Virus record (IMG/VR): IMGVR_UViG_3300037424_000503
Coordinates: 1 to 30,249 of that record
Source of the DNA: a virus
Lineage: Duplodnaviria > Caudoviricetes
Reading direction: 5' to 3' (one strand)
Length of the DNA: 30,249 nucleotides
Under the pieces are notes generated by a model, which had not been told where the DNA came from, did no database searches, and worked only from the letters and a program-made list of their open reading frames with translations. Below are positions 7,365 through 15,875 of the stretch, piece by piece. Numbering within the stretch: position 1 is the stretch's first letter; each line of letters opens with the position of its first letter. Position numbers and translations under genes: made by a program.

Positions 7365-7489
7365 GTAACAAAACATCTAATATAATTTGTATTGTGTTGA
7401 CATTTATATTTGTTGGTTGTATTTCGAGTATTTTATCTGCGACACCGGGTTGTCGAAGTATTATCAATGATATATCTGGATGGAGATAA
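7361..7489 (+). CDS. small membrane/secreted peptide (42 aa, absent from track)
   Basis: MSNKTSNIICIVLTFIFVGCISSILSATPGCRSIINDISGWR*; ATGA-coupled start. Confidence 0.5.
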   Translation: MSNKTSNIICIVLTFIFVGCISSILSATPGCRSIINDISGWR

Positions 7490-7491
7490 AA

Positions 7492-7671
7492 ATGATAGAA
7501 GTAAAAGATAATAAAATATCTGGAACAACAGATGAATTGTTAAAACTTAGAGATCAAATAAATTTTTTATTAAGGGAATCCAAAAAAGAAATTGAATGGC
7601 CATATCTTGGACATAATAATATTATTGAGATAAAAATAATAAACTCTGATTTACAAAGGAATTATACGTGA
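7492..7671 (+). CDS. hypothetical protein
   Basis: Track ORF 7480-7671; ATG 7492; GTGA overlap with the methyltransferase. Confidence 0.55.
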   Translation: MIEVKDNKISGTTDELLKLRDQINFLLRESKKEIEWPYLGHNNIIEIKIINSDLQRNYT

Positions 7672-8393
7672 GATATCTTGGAGGTAAGGCTAGGGTGTCA
7701 AAACCTCTTACTGATTTTTTAAAGTCAGTTCGTAAGACCAATCAAACATATGTTGAGCCGTTTGTGGGAGGCGGATCTGTAATAAGATTAATGGATGGAC
7801 AAAGAATAGCATCAGATTTTTGTCCATATTTAATTACGTTTTATAAACAATTACAAAATGGTTGGCTACCGCCAGAAATAATCTCTGAAGAAAGATATAA
7901 AGAATTAAAACAATTGTATAAAGAAACAGTTTGTAACGGTGAGATAGGATTCGCAATGTACTTCTGTTCTTTTGGTGGAAAAGCTTGGGGAGGATATGCG
8001 AGGGACAAGAAAGGTGTTGTTGATAATAGGCTGATTAATGGTCAATATAGAGATTCCGTTAAACTTCAAAAAGACATCAAAGATGTAACATTTATTTGTT
8101 ATGATTACGAAACATTATTTAAATGGCTAGAAGATATTAAATCTAAATGTTTAATTTATTGCGATCCTCCGTATAAAGGTACAACTGAATATAAAAATAA
8201 ATTTGATCATGTCAGATTCTGGAAAGTAATGAGAGAGTATTCAACCATACACGATATTTATATTAGTGAGTACGTAGCGCCAGAAGATTTTGAATGTGTC
8301 TGGAGCATAGAAAGAAAAACTAATTTGAATATTAAAAATGGTGGTAAGTCTAATAGAGTAGAGAAATTGTTTAAATATGAGGATAATAAATGA
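7668..8393 (+). CDS. DNA adenine methyltransferase (Dam/D12 class)
   Basis: RYLGGK N-terminus, SAM motif YVEPFVGGGSV, catalytic IYCDPPY, C-terminal EKLF. Confidence 0.9.
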   Translation: MRYLGGKARVSKPLTDFLKSVRKTNQTYVEPFVGGGSVIRLMDGQRIASDFCPYLITFYKQLQNGWLPPEIISEERYKELKQLYKETVCNGEIGFAMYFCSFGGKAWGGYARDKKGVVDNRLINGQYRDSVKLQKDIKDVTFICYDYETLFKWLEDIKSKCLIYCDPPYKGTTEYKNKFDHVRFWKVMREYSTIHDIYISEYVAPEDFECVWSIERKTNLNIKNGGKSNRVEKLFKYEDNK

Positions 8394-8587
8394 TATGTTC
8401 GAATAAAATAGTCCAAAATTATACTTCAAAAAAGATGAGAGAATATTATTTTAATTTAGAAACAATCATTTTAAAAGCAATAAAAGAAGATAAAAATACA
8501 GATAAAATAATGGTTCCGCGGTTTAATGAAACTTGGCTTGAGTATGTTTTGAAAGAAGAATTCCTTGATTTTGGAAAAGATATATGA
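8390..8587 (+). CDS. hypothetical protein
   Basis: 65 aa, ATGA overlaps at both ends. Confidence 0.6.
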   Translation: MICSNKIVQNYTSKKMREYYFNLETIILKAIKEDKNTDKIMVPRFNETWLEYVLKEEFLDFGKDI

Positions 8588-8796
8588 AAAAATATAGAGT
8601 CAGATATAGTGAAGTGTTAAATTATAGAGTAGACATTATTGCTAATAATCAAGAAGAGGCTAAAAAGACTTTAAAAAATATTTCTAAAGATAAAAGGTAT
8701 AGTCCAGAACTAATTTCTTCTAGTGGAGAATCCCTTGATTATATGATGGAAGTAGATGAAAATGGGGAAGATATAGAAGGGACAGATTGGTGTTAA
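8584..8796 (+). CDS. DpnD/PcfM-like small protein
   Basis: KKYRVRYSE...RVDIIANNQEEA pattern typical of this small phage family. Confidence 0.5.
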   Translation: MKKYRVRYSEVLNYRVDIIANNQEEAKKTLKNISKDKRYSPELISSSGESLDYMMEVDENGEDIEGTDWC

Positions 8797-8949
8797 ATGA
8801 AAAAAGTTAAATTGATATTAGAATATGAAATAGGCGAATATGATGAAGATGAAAGAATTTCTTCAGATCTAAAAGTTTGGGAAGAAGTATTACAACAATC
8901 TGATGTTCTTATCTGTGATATGAAAATATTGGAAGTGAGAATTGAATAA
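8797..8949 (+). CDS. small acidic protein (50 aa, absent from track)
   Basis: MKKVKLILEYEIGEYDEDERISSDLKVWEEVLQQSDVLICDMKILEVRIE*; abuts the previous stop, TAATG overlap with the next gene. Confidence 0.6.
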   Translation: MKKVKLILEYEIGEYDEDERISSDLKVWEEVLQQSDVLICDMKILEVRIE

Positions 8950-9308
8950 TGTTAAAGTTTGGAACATCTCCGTTTCTTGAATGTAGTTCTAAGGGGGATA
9001 GAAGATTTTCTGCTTTTTATGCTAGACTAAACGAATATGATGGTAGAAGCATAGAGGAGATTTATCAGGCGTCTAAAATGTTTGAAGATGGCAGTACGGG
9101 TTTTGGGTGGAGAGAGGCTAAGGGCCGTGAATGTGTTAATAAAGATCACGTTAAATGGTTATATTCTAAATTATGGGATCTTTATTTTGAAGAAAATCCT
9201 AATCTTTTAAAGATTATAAAACAATATGGTGGTTTTACAGACATTTTCGGGCAGAGTAACCACTGCTGTCAAGCTGAAGAGATTTGGAGAATTAGAAATG
9301 AAAGCTAA
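8949..9308 (+). CDS. NADAR-like protein (resembles DarT1-associated NADAR antitoxin family)
   Basis: FLECSSKG...FSAFYA...SIEEIYQASKMFEDG...W..Y...NP.L......GFTDIF.....CQA pattern. Confidence 0.6.
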   Translation: MLKFGTSPFLECSSKGDRRFSAFYARLNEYDGRSIEEIYQASKMFEDGSTGFGWREAKGRECVNKDHVKWLYSKLWDLYFEENPNLLKIIKQYGGFTDIFGQSNHCCQAEEIWRIRNES

Positions 9309-9513
9309 ACTTGATGTAGACATTCCCGACGAGTTAATAGATCAGAAGGTAAAAACTCTAACAAGAGAAAATACAAGATTAAAGAATGAAAATCTTAAAT
9401 TGAAGGATGAAATAAAAGCAAAGACAATAATTTCAGAAAGAGCTACCCGTATTATAGAAGCCATTAGAGAAGCTGGTGGATTTTGCGATGACGGTTGCTA
9501 CGGAGATCATTGA
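9298..9513 (+). CDS. coiled-coil hypothetical protein
   Basis: Track ORF 9226-9513; ATG 9298 (MKAKLDV); heptad pattern. Confidence 0.6.
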   Translation: MKAKLDVDIPDELIDQKVKTLTRENTRLKNENLKLKDEIKAKTIISERATRIIEAIREAGGFCDDGCYGDH

Positions 9514-9881
9514 TGAATTATAAAAAGATGTCTATTAAACAATTAGAAGACGAATTAGATCATATCAGGCATGTATTAATCAAAAAAAGAGAAGTATTTA
9601 AACGTAAAGAACTTATTAAATATGTTGGTTCATATTTTAAATATGTAAATTCATATTCTTGTCCAGAAAAAGATAGTGATTATTGGTGGATGTATTTATA
9701 TGTTAAGGGATTCAAAGAGGGTAATCTTGTTTGTTTCTCTTTTCAAAAAGATAAATACGGTAAAATTGTTATTAATCCACATGATTATATCTACCAGATA
9801 GATAGTTTATATGTGAAATGCGATAAAAAAGAATTTGATAAAGAATTTAATAATATAAAGAAAGAATTACGTAATGGATAA
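9513..9881 (+). CDS. hypothetical protein
   Basis: Track ORF 9495-9881; TGATG-coupled ATG at 9513. Confidence 0.65.
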   Translation: MNYKKMSIKQLEDELDHIRHVLIKKREVFKRKELIKYVGSYFKYVNSYSCPEKDSDYWWMYLYVKGFKEGNLVCFSFQKDKYGKIVINPHDYIYQIDSLYVKCDKKEFDKEFNNIKKELRNG

Positions 9882-10134
9882 TATTTGTTATATATGTAAC
9901 AAGAATCCCGGAATAGAATGTCCGGGAAGAAGACCCGATGAAAGAACTAAATGTAAGGAATGTTTATATAAATATATGGTTTCAGGGAACATAGAAGACG
10001 CTATTTATCGATTAAATTGTATAAATAATTTGGTTCAAGACGATAATATTGATTATGCGAGAAGGTTGGTTGAATCGTTTAAACAATTCGATGAATACGC
10101 TTGGAAGTTTTATTCTAGTCTGTTGAATTATTAA
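9874..10134 (+). CDS. hypothetical protein with CxxC...CxxC
   Basis: CYIC...CKEC. Confidence 0.6.
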   Translation: MDNICYICNKNPGIECPGRRPDERTKCKECLYKYMVSGNIEDAIYRLNCINNLVQDDNIDYARRLVESFKQFDEYAWKFYSSLLNY

Positions 10135-10145
10135 GGGGCAATATA

Positions 10146-10430
10146 ATGAAATGTACATATTATGTGGCGCAAGAAATGGCAATGGCACCCGGTATAGTTA
10201 AAGAATGGCCAGAAATTATTAAACATCCAAAAAGCAAAAATGGAAGACTTAAGAAAATTGACATTGAAAATATTGATTTGTTTAAAGCTTATAAACTATG
10301 TTTTCAATTATTGTCTATAAAACAAAAAATACAAATATTAGAAGCTTTGCAAAAATTAAAAAATGGGGTAATATTAACTAATTTAATAGAAAGTGATCTC
10401 TTGGAGAACAAGACAAATGCAAAATTATGA
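10146..10430 (+). CDS. hypothetical protein
   Basis: 94 aa; AAGGGG upstream could be an RBS. Confidence 0.6.
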   Translation: MKCTYYVAQEMAMAPGIVKEWPEIIKHPKSKNGRLKKIDIENIDLFKAYKLCFQLLSIKQKIQILEALQKLKNGVILTNLIESDLLENKTNAKL

Positions 10431-10605
10431 AATTGAATCAAAATTATCTGATTTAGAAAGAAAATTTTTTTCTATGAATCATTCTATACAACAAATAAAT
10501 AAATCTTTAGAAAGTATAAAAAATTCTATCCAAGAAATAGATTCCAGAATTGATTCTGTTAGAGATAGAATAGAAAGAAGCGGAAGGGATTTAATAGGAC
10601 TATAA
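10417..10605 (+). CDS. short coiled-coil protein
   Basis: Track ORF 10393-10605; ATG 10417; strong heptads (SIQQINKSLESIKNSIQEIDSRIDSVRD). Confidence 0.6.
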   Translation: MQNYEIESKLSDLERKFFSMNHSIQQINKSLESIKNSIQEIDSRIDSVRDRIERSGRDLIGL

Positions 10606-11196
10606 ATGAAAAATAGAAAAACAATATTTCTTGACATGGACGGTGTGTTAGTAGATATTTTTACTGGAATAGAAAAACGATTTAACTTGAATAAGGGGTT
10701 TCTAACCAGCAAACCGTATCCTTGTCTTCCAAATTCCCCCGACATAGCTATTAAATTATTAATGACAGAAGAAGATTTTTGGTCGAAGAAAGCAAATAGC
10801 ATAAGTTTTTGGGAAAATTTACCAAAATATTCTTGGTCAGATGCCATAATAATAGCTTGTTTAATAGCTGATACAGAAGACGTTTTTATTTTAACATCCC
10901 CATCAAAGACCTGTACGTCTTGCTCTAGCGGAAAAGTAGCTTGGCTAAATAGGTATTATCCGTATTTTGTATCTAAGGGGAAAATTATTATAGCTACTAA
11001 AAAGGATTTGCTTGCAAATAAAAAATGTATACTTATTGATGATACAATTAAAAAATGTGAACGTTTTCGTAACGCTGGTGGTGAAGCGATACTTTTCCCA
11101 CATAATTATAATAAAAACTATTTTTCCCCCAAAGAAAGGGGTATTCATCAACCTAAAAATGTAAATGAAGTCATAGACATGATAAGGGGGTTATAA
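10606..11196 (+). CDS. HAD-family 5'(3')-deoxyribonucleotidase (NT5C-like)
   Basis: FLDMDGVL motif I, ILTSP, GKVAWL, LIDD motif IV. Confidence 0.85.
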   Translation: MKNRKTIFLDMDGVLVDIFTGIEKRFNLNKGFLTSKPYPCLPNSPDIAIKLLMTEEDFWSKKANSISFWENLPKYSWSDAIIIACLIADTEDVFILTSPSKTCTSCSSGKVAWLNRYYPYFVSKGKIIIATKKDLLANKKCILIDDTIKKCERFRNAGGEAILFPHNYNKNYFSPKERGIHQPKNVNEVIDMIRGL

Positions 11197-11577
11197 ATGG
11201 AATTTTTAGATAAAGTCAAGCAATTATCTCAATTAAATTCTGAAGTTTTAGAGTATCTTAAACCATTTATGGAAATATATAAAAAATATGAAACTGGACT
11301 TGCTAATCGTAACTGCATTACAGAAATAAAAATAGAAGATGGTCTAGTATATCTTGTCGGCGAAGAATGGTATTGTGGTGGTACTGATTATCATGGTAAT
11401 AGTTTTAATCCAGAGTTATTTAGTAAAGACTTACAATACTTTGAAGACCATTTGATTTCAGAAAGAAATAAAAAATTAGAACAAGAAAGACTTAAGAAAG
11501 AAGAAAATGAAAGACAGGCCGAAGAGTATCAAAGAAAACAATACGAATTGTTAAAGAAAAAATTTGAAAAGGAATGA
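11197..11577 (+). CDS. hypothetical protein with C-terminal charged helix
   Basis: 126 aa ending QYELLKKKFEKE; abuts the previous stop. Confidence 0.7.
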   Translation: MEFLDKVKQLSQLNSEVLEYLKPFMEIYKKYETGLANRNCITEIKIEDGLVYLVGEEWYCGGTDYHGNSFNPELFSKDLQYFEDHLISERNKKLEQERLKKEENERQAEEYQRKQYELLKKKFEKE

Positions 11578-11870
11578 CAATGCACGAAAATACAAAGATA
11601 GCTATTGTGGTAATATTGATTTTTTCATTTATTTTTACTATTGTTGGATATTTAGGATATCATCTAAGATATGAACAAATGCATCAATGCCAATATTATT
11701 ATCCCTATCAAATTATATCAGGTAGTATAGTAACTGGTGGTAATATATTTAGCTCATATCCAATATACTCAATATGTGTTAAAGGGAAAAGAAAAAATCT
11801 GGATGAAGAATGCACTCTTTCTATAAGAGTAACCGAACAAAAATACAATGAATGGATAGAGGGAAATTAA
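11574..11870 (+). CDS. membrane-anchored hypothetical protein
   Basis: N-terminal TM segment IAIVVILIFSFIFTIVGYLGY. Confidence 0.65.
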   Translation: MTMHENTKIAIVVILIFSFIFTIVGYLGYHLRYEQMHQCQYYYPYQIISGSIVTGGNIFSSYPIYSICVKGKRKNLDEECTLSIRVTEQKYNEWIEGN

Positions 11871-11872
11871 GA

Positions 11873-12823
11873 ATGAGCGTTCATGAATGTCCAGTAATCA
11901 AAATTAAATTAGAGCCGCATCCTGATGCCAATTCATTGAGTCTTGTTAGATATGAAAATTATGTACTAGTAGTGAAAACTTCTCAATGGAAAGATGGTGA
12001 TCTTGCGGTTCATATTCCTGAAGATTACGTTTGCCCCGATACAGAGCAATTTGCATTTCTTGGAACCAGCAAAAGAATAAAACCAAGAAAATTTAGAGGT
12101 ATTTATTCTGATGGAATTTTAATTAAAGCGCCAGACGGGTTAAGTGTGGGGCAAAATGCTATGGAAGCACTTGGGATTAAAAGATATGATCCAGAAATTG
12201 AAATATCATTCAATGACGATAATGAGTCTGGACCTAGCGGCAACTGGCCTAAGTATGATGTAGAAGGTTATAAGAAATATGGGGATTGGTTTAATCCGAA
12301 TGAATTAGTCGTAGCCACAGAAAAGATTCATGGCGCTTCTGCTAGGTTCTTATTCCAAGACAATAGGACTTGGTGTGGATCAAGAACGAATTGGAAAAAA
12401 CAATCGGACAAAGACCCTTGGTGGAAAGCTTTGCATCAGAATCCTTGGATAGAATCTTGGTGTCGGGCGAATCCGGGGTATGCACTGTACGGTGAGATAT
12501 TTGGACGAGTACAAAATCTAAAATATGGTTGTGAACCGAATCAAATAAGGTTTGCTATATTCGATATAAGACACGATAGGATTTGGATAAATCATGATGA
12601 AGCAAGAGATATGGGTCGCGGACTATTTTGGGTTCCAGAAATATATAGGGGTCCATTAGATCTTAATAGAATTTCCGAACTAATAGAATGCGATAGCGTA
12701 GTAGGTGGTAAGGATCATGTCATGGAAGGTTGCGTTATAAAGCCATTAATAGAAAGAGAATCATATAGTGGCGATAGAATTCAACTTAAACTTATAAGTA
12801 GGAGATATTTTAGTGAGAAGTAA
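11873..12823 (+). CDS. RNA ligase, DRB0094/Rnl2-like family with N-terminal OB domain
   Basis: N-terminal HPDANSL...GDLAVHIPED...RGIYSDG; ligase motifs TEKIHGAS, YGEIFG, FDI, EGCV, KLIS..Y. ATG 11873 within track ORF 11852. Confidence 0.88.
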   Translation: MSVHECPVIKIKLEPHPDANSLSLVRYENYVLVVKTSQWKDGDLAVHIPEDYVCPDTEQFAFLGTSKRIKPRKFRGIYSDGILIKAPDGLSVGQNAMEALGIKRYDPEIEISFNDDNESGPSGNWPKYDVEGYKKYGDWFNPNELVVATEKIHGASARFLFQDNRTWCGSRTNWKKQSDKDPWWKALHQNPWIESWCRANPGYALYGEIFGRVQNLKYGCEPNQIRFAIFDIRHDRIWINHDEARDMGRGLFWVPEIYRGPLDLNRISELIECDSVVGGKDHVMEGCVIKPLIERESYSGDRIQLKLISRRYFSEK

Positions 12824-13031
12824 TGAATTAGATTACAAGATTGAAGAAGCGCCGTGTAAGCAATGTGGTAAAATGTATTCAAGATGGAAATTAAATTACT
12901 CACAAATATGTTATAAATGCGAAGATGAAAATATTCCATATAATAACTCAAAAGAATGTAGAACTTCAAATTTATTGTCAAGACCTTTTATATATATTGG
13001 AGAACTTGCACTCAGGATTTTGAGTAAATAA
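12813..13031 (+). CDS. small CxxC...CxxC protein
   Basis: CKQC...CYKC; fills the gap between ligase and HNH gene. Confidence 0.5.
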   Translation: MRSNELDYKIEEAPCKQCGKMYSRWKLNYSQICYKCEDENIPYNNSKECRTSNLLSRPFIYIGELALRILSK

Positions 13032-13034
13032 GTT

Positions 13035-13670
13035 ATGGGAAAATTTATCGACTTAAAAGATAAAAGATTCGGTAAATTATTGGTTTTATCTTTAAGAGAC
13101 AAAAATATAAATGGTGCAATTACTTGGTTGTGTTTATGTGATTGCGGCAATCAAAAAATAATATGTGGTACAAGTCTTAGGATTGGTAAAACTAAAAGTT
13201 GTGGATGCGTAGGTTTGCAAAAACTTGAAATTGGTAGAATGAATTCCGTTACTCATGGGCATAGGCGTAATGGTCATACATCAAAAATATATTATATATG
13301 GGCAGGAATAATACAAAGGTGTACCAACCAAAATTATAAATACTATAAAGATTATGGCGGAAGAGGAATTAGAGTTTGTGAAAGATGGTTAAAGTTTGAG
13401 AATTTCTATAAAGATGTTGGAGATCCTCCAGAAAAATTAACTATTGACCGAATAAATAATGATGGTGATTATGAACCATCCAATTGGAGATGGGCTACAC
13501 AAAAGGATCAATGCAGAAATCAAAGAACAAATCTTATAATAACTTATAATAATCAAGGTAAATGTTTATCTGAATGGGCCGAAATATATGGTATAAAATA
13601 CGGAACATTGTGGAACAGAGTAGTAAAACTGAAATGGGATTTTGAAAAGGCTATTAGGAGAATTAAATGA
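13035..13670 (+). CDS. free-standing HNH-type homing endonuclease
   Basis: RFGKLLV...WLCLCDCG...SCGC; YGGRGIRVCERW..FENF; TIDRINNDGDYEPSNWRWAT...NQR. Confidence 0.85.
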   Translation: MGKFIDLKDKRFGKLLVLSLRDKNINGAITWLCLCDCGNQKIICGTSLRIGKTKSCGCVGLQKLEIGRMNSVTHGHRRNGHTSKIYYIWAGIIQRCTNQNYKYYKDYGGRGIRVCERWLKFENFYKDVGDPPEKLTIDRINNDGDYEPSNWRWATQKDQCRNQRTNLIITYNNQGKCLSEWAEIYGIKYGTLWNRVVKLKWDFEKAIRRIK

Positions 13671-14500
13671 CAGATTTTATAACGGAGCCAATGGTGAAAC
13701 TCATAAGCCGTCCGGTCGTAGATATAGACGGACTAACATCATTTTTAGATGCGCATGATGTCTCTTGGCCTGAATTTCAAAAGAAATTGGACAGCAACCT
13801 AGATCTCGGCGACCGTGATGCAGAATATATTCCGGAAATGGCCGGTAGGGTTTGTTATATGAGTTTTCCAAAAAAGGATGGTGAATCCAAGGGAAGAACC
13901 CACGAAGAACATATCAAACATCTTATAGAAATAGGACACTTTTCTTGTGTAGAGCACTGCAACTTTGGATTTGTGTTATGGAATATCTCAAGATCTTTAA
14001 CACATGAATTAGTAAGACATAGACTTGCTAGTTATTCACAATTATCACAAAGATATGTTGATAGTAGTGAAGTTAAATTTATAATTCCCCCGGCGATTCA
14101 AGAATTAGAGAAGCAAAATCCAAATCATCCAGTTATAAATAAATGGAAAGAATCTTGTTTAAATTCGAGATTATTATATGAAGAAATAACAGAAAGTTTA
14201 TCTGAATTATATAAAGATATTCCTGATAAAACTGAAAAAAGAAAGAAGGCGAGAGAAGCCGCTAGGTCTGTGCTTCCTAATGCTACAGAAACAAAAATTT
14301 TTGTTACAATGAATACACGTTCATTACGACATTTTTTGTCTCTCCGTGCAAACGCCGCAGCGGATAGAGAAATAAGATTATTAGCTGTAAAAATATATAA
14401 AATTATGCAACAGGAATTTCCTTTGTTAATGCATGGTATTGATCTGATTAAATTACCAGACGGAACAGAAGCTGTACAAAATTCTTTTAGGGAGACATAA
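13667..14500 (+). CDS. thyX: FAD-dependent thymidylate synthase
   Basis: AGRVCY, GHFSCVEH, THELVRHRLASYSQLSQRY (RHRx7S motif), AREAARSVLPNATET, LR...AADREIR. Confidence 0.96.
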   Translation: MTDFITEPMVKLISRPVVDIDGLTSFLDAHDVSWPEFQKKLDSNLDLGDRDAEYIPEMAGRVCYMSFPKKDGESKGRTHEEHIKHLIEIGHFSCVEHCNFGFVLWNISRSLTHELVRHRLASYSQLSQRYVDSSEVKFIIPPAIQELEKQNPNHPVINKWKESCLNSRLLYEEITESLSELYKDIPDKTEKRKKAREAARSVLPNATETKIFVTMNTRSLRHFLSLRANAAADREIRLLAVKIYKIMQQEFPLLMHGIDLIKLPDGTEAVQNSFRET

Positions 14501-14757
14501 TGGATTCTGTATTTTATGAATGCGGTTGTTATAGTCCTGAGCACACCCTGAAATTCGTCTATGACGAAATAGATAGAGAACTATATACAGAAATATACCT
14601 GTGTCAGTATAAAAGGTTTTACCAAAGAGTTTGGTGTGCTATAAAATATATATTTGGTTACAAATGTAAGTATGGCGATTTCGATTGTTTTACTTTTAAG
14701 ACAGAAGATTTATCAAAATTTAGGGATATGATAAGTGAATTATGCAAAGAAGAATAA
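14500..14757 (+). CDS. conserved-looking phage hypothetical protein
   Basis: ECGCYSPEH...AIKYIFGYKCKYG; TAATG-coupled to thyX. Confidence 0.7.
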   Translation: MDSVFYECGCYSPEHTLKFVYDEIDRELYTEIYLCQYKRFYQRVWCAIKYIFGYKCKYGDFDCFTFKTEDLSKFRDMISELCKEE

Positions 14758-15227
14758 CTAGCTCGTATTACAATTACTATTATAAAAATAAAGTTAGACT
14801 TATTAATAAGATCATATCAAAATTTCGTTACAAAAATCAAGAAGAATTAATGTCTATAGGTAAGATTGAATTATTGTATTCTATGATCCATTTTGATAAA
14901 ACATTAGCCTCATTTAATACATATCTTTTTCAAAGAATTTATGGAAATATTCTTAGATTTATAAGAGATGAAAAAGAATGGTGTAAAAATATAGATATGG
15001 ATTTGAATACTATCAAAAATAAATCACATGATATTTCTAATACGATTTTAATAAAAGAAATTTTATCGTCGCTGTCAGAAAGAGAAAGAAAAATTCTAGA
15101 ATTATATTATCTTGAAAATAATACATTGAGGGAAATATCAGATAAATTAGATTTATCAACAAACTGTATATTCATTAATAAAATTAAAGCTTTAAAAAGA
15201 ATAAAGGAGACGTTCGATTGTCTTTAA
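14742..15227 (+). CDS. sigma-70-family RNA polymerase sigma factor (regions 2 and 4 only)
   Basis: Region 2-like EELMSIG..ELL.SM..FD...SFNTY...RI.G.I; region 4 LSERERKILELYY....TLREIS..L.LS.......KALKRIK. Confidence 0.8.
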   Translation: MQRRITSSYYNYYYKNKVRLINKIISKFRYKNQEELMSIGKIELLYSMIHFDKTLASFNTYLFQRIYGNILRFIRDEKEWCKNIDMDLNTIKNKSHDISNTILIKEILSSLSERERKILELYYLENNTLREISDKLDLSTNCIFINKIKALKRIKETFDCL

Positions 15228-15421
15228 TAGAAAAAATATTTAATAATTTAAATAAAATTCTCAATAATTCAAAAGCTTTTATAAGAAAGGATGGAGATAA
15301 AAGCAAACCATATTGCGTGTATAGTGAACAAAGCGGTAAGAATTTCGGATGCTATTCTACAAGAGAAGGTGCTGAAGAAAGACTTAAAGAAATAAAAATG
15401 TTTAAACACATAAAGAAATAG
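15218..15421 (+). CDS. small phage protein
   Basis: IRKDG...YCVYSE.SGKNFGCY.T...AEERL..I..FK pattern, recurrent in phage proteins; TTG start uncertain. Confidence 0.6.
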   Translation: MSLIEKIFNNLNKILNNSKAFIRKDGDKSKPYCVYSEQSGKNFGCYSTREGAEERLKEIKMFKHIKK

Positions 15422-15431
15422 GAGAATAAAA

Positions 15432-15875
15432 ATGATAAATAAGATTTTATGTCTTTCTTTGTTAATGTCTATGTTGTATGTGACTGGATGCAATTCACGC
15501 CCTGTTAAAAAAATTGTTGTTCAGGCTGCTACGACATATATAGTGGAAAATAATCCAGAACAAATAGCTTTTGTAGTAAAACAAATAGTCAAAATAGCCG
15601 TAAAAGAAATAGAACCATCTAAAGAAGAAATAGCTAAAGCTGTAGAATTTATTAATGAATGTAAAACTATAGCCAATGATCCGAAACAATATAGTATTAA
15701 CAAACTTAAGGAATTGGCACAAAAATTACCAGATAATAAAACTAAGCTTATTGCTATAACTTTTATAGATTTCGCAGAAAGATATGTTAATTTTATAGAT
15801 AAAAGTCCAAATGCGCGCAAGATAATGATAATTGTTTGTGACGCTGCGTTGGAGGTTCTGAATAATGAAAAATAG
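15432..15875 (+). CDS. putative lipoprotein
   Basis: Signal peptide MINKILCLSLLMSMLY followed by lipobox VTG-C; AGGAG upstream. Confidence 0.7.
   Translation: MINKILCLSLLMSMLYVTGCNSRPVKKIVVQAATTYIVENNPEQIAFVVKQIVKIAVKEIEPSKEEIAKAVEFINECKTIANDPKQYSINKLKELAQKLPDNKTKLIAITFIDFAERYVNFIDKSPNARKIMIIVCDAALEVLNNEK

Noticed and set aside
5596-8393. Complete BREX or restriction-modification system
   Set aside because: The methylase is a short Dam-like enzyme, not PglX; no pglZ, brxA, brxB, brxC or cognate restriction gene in the window.
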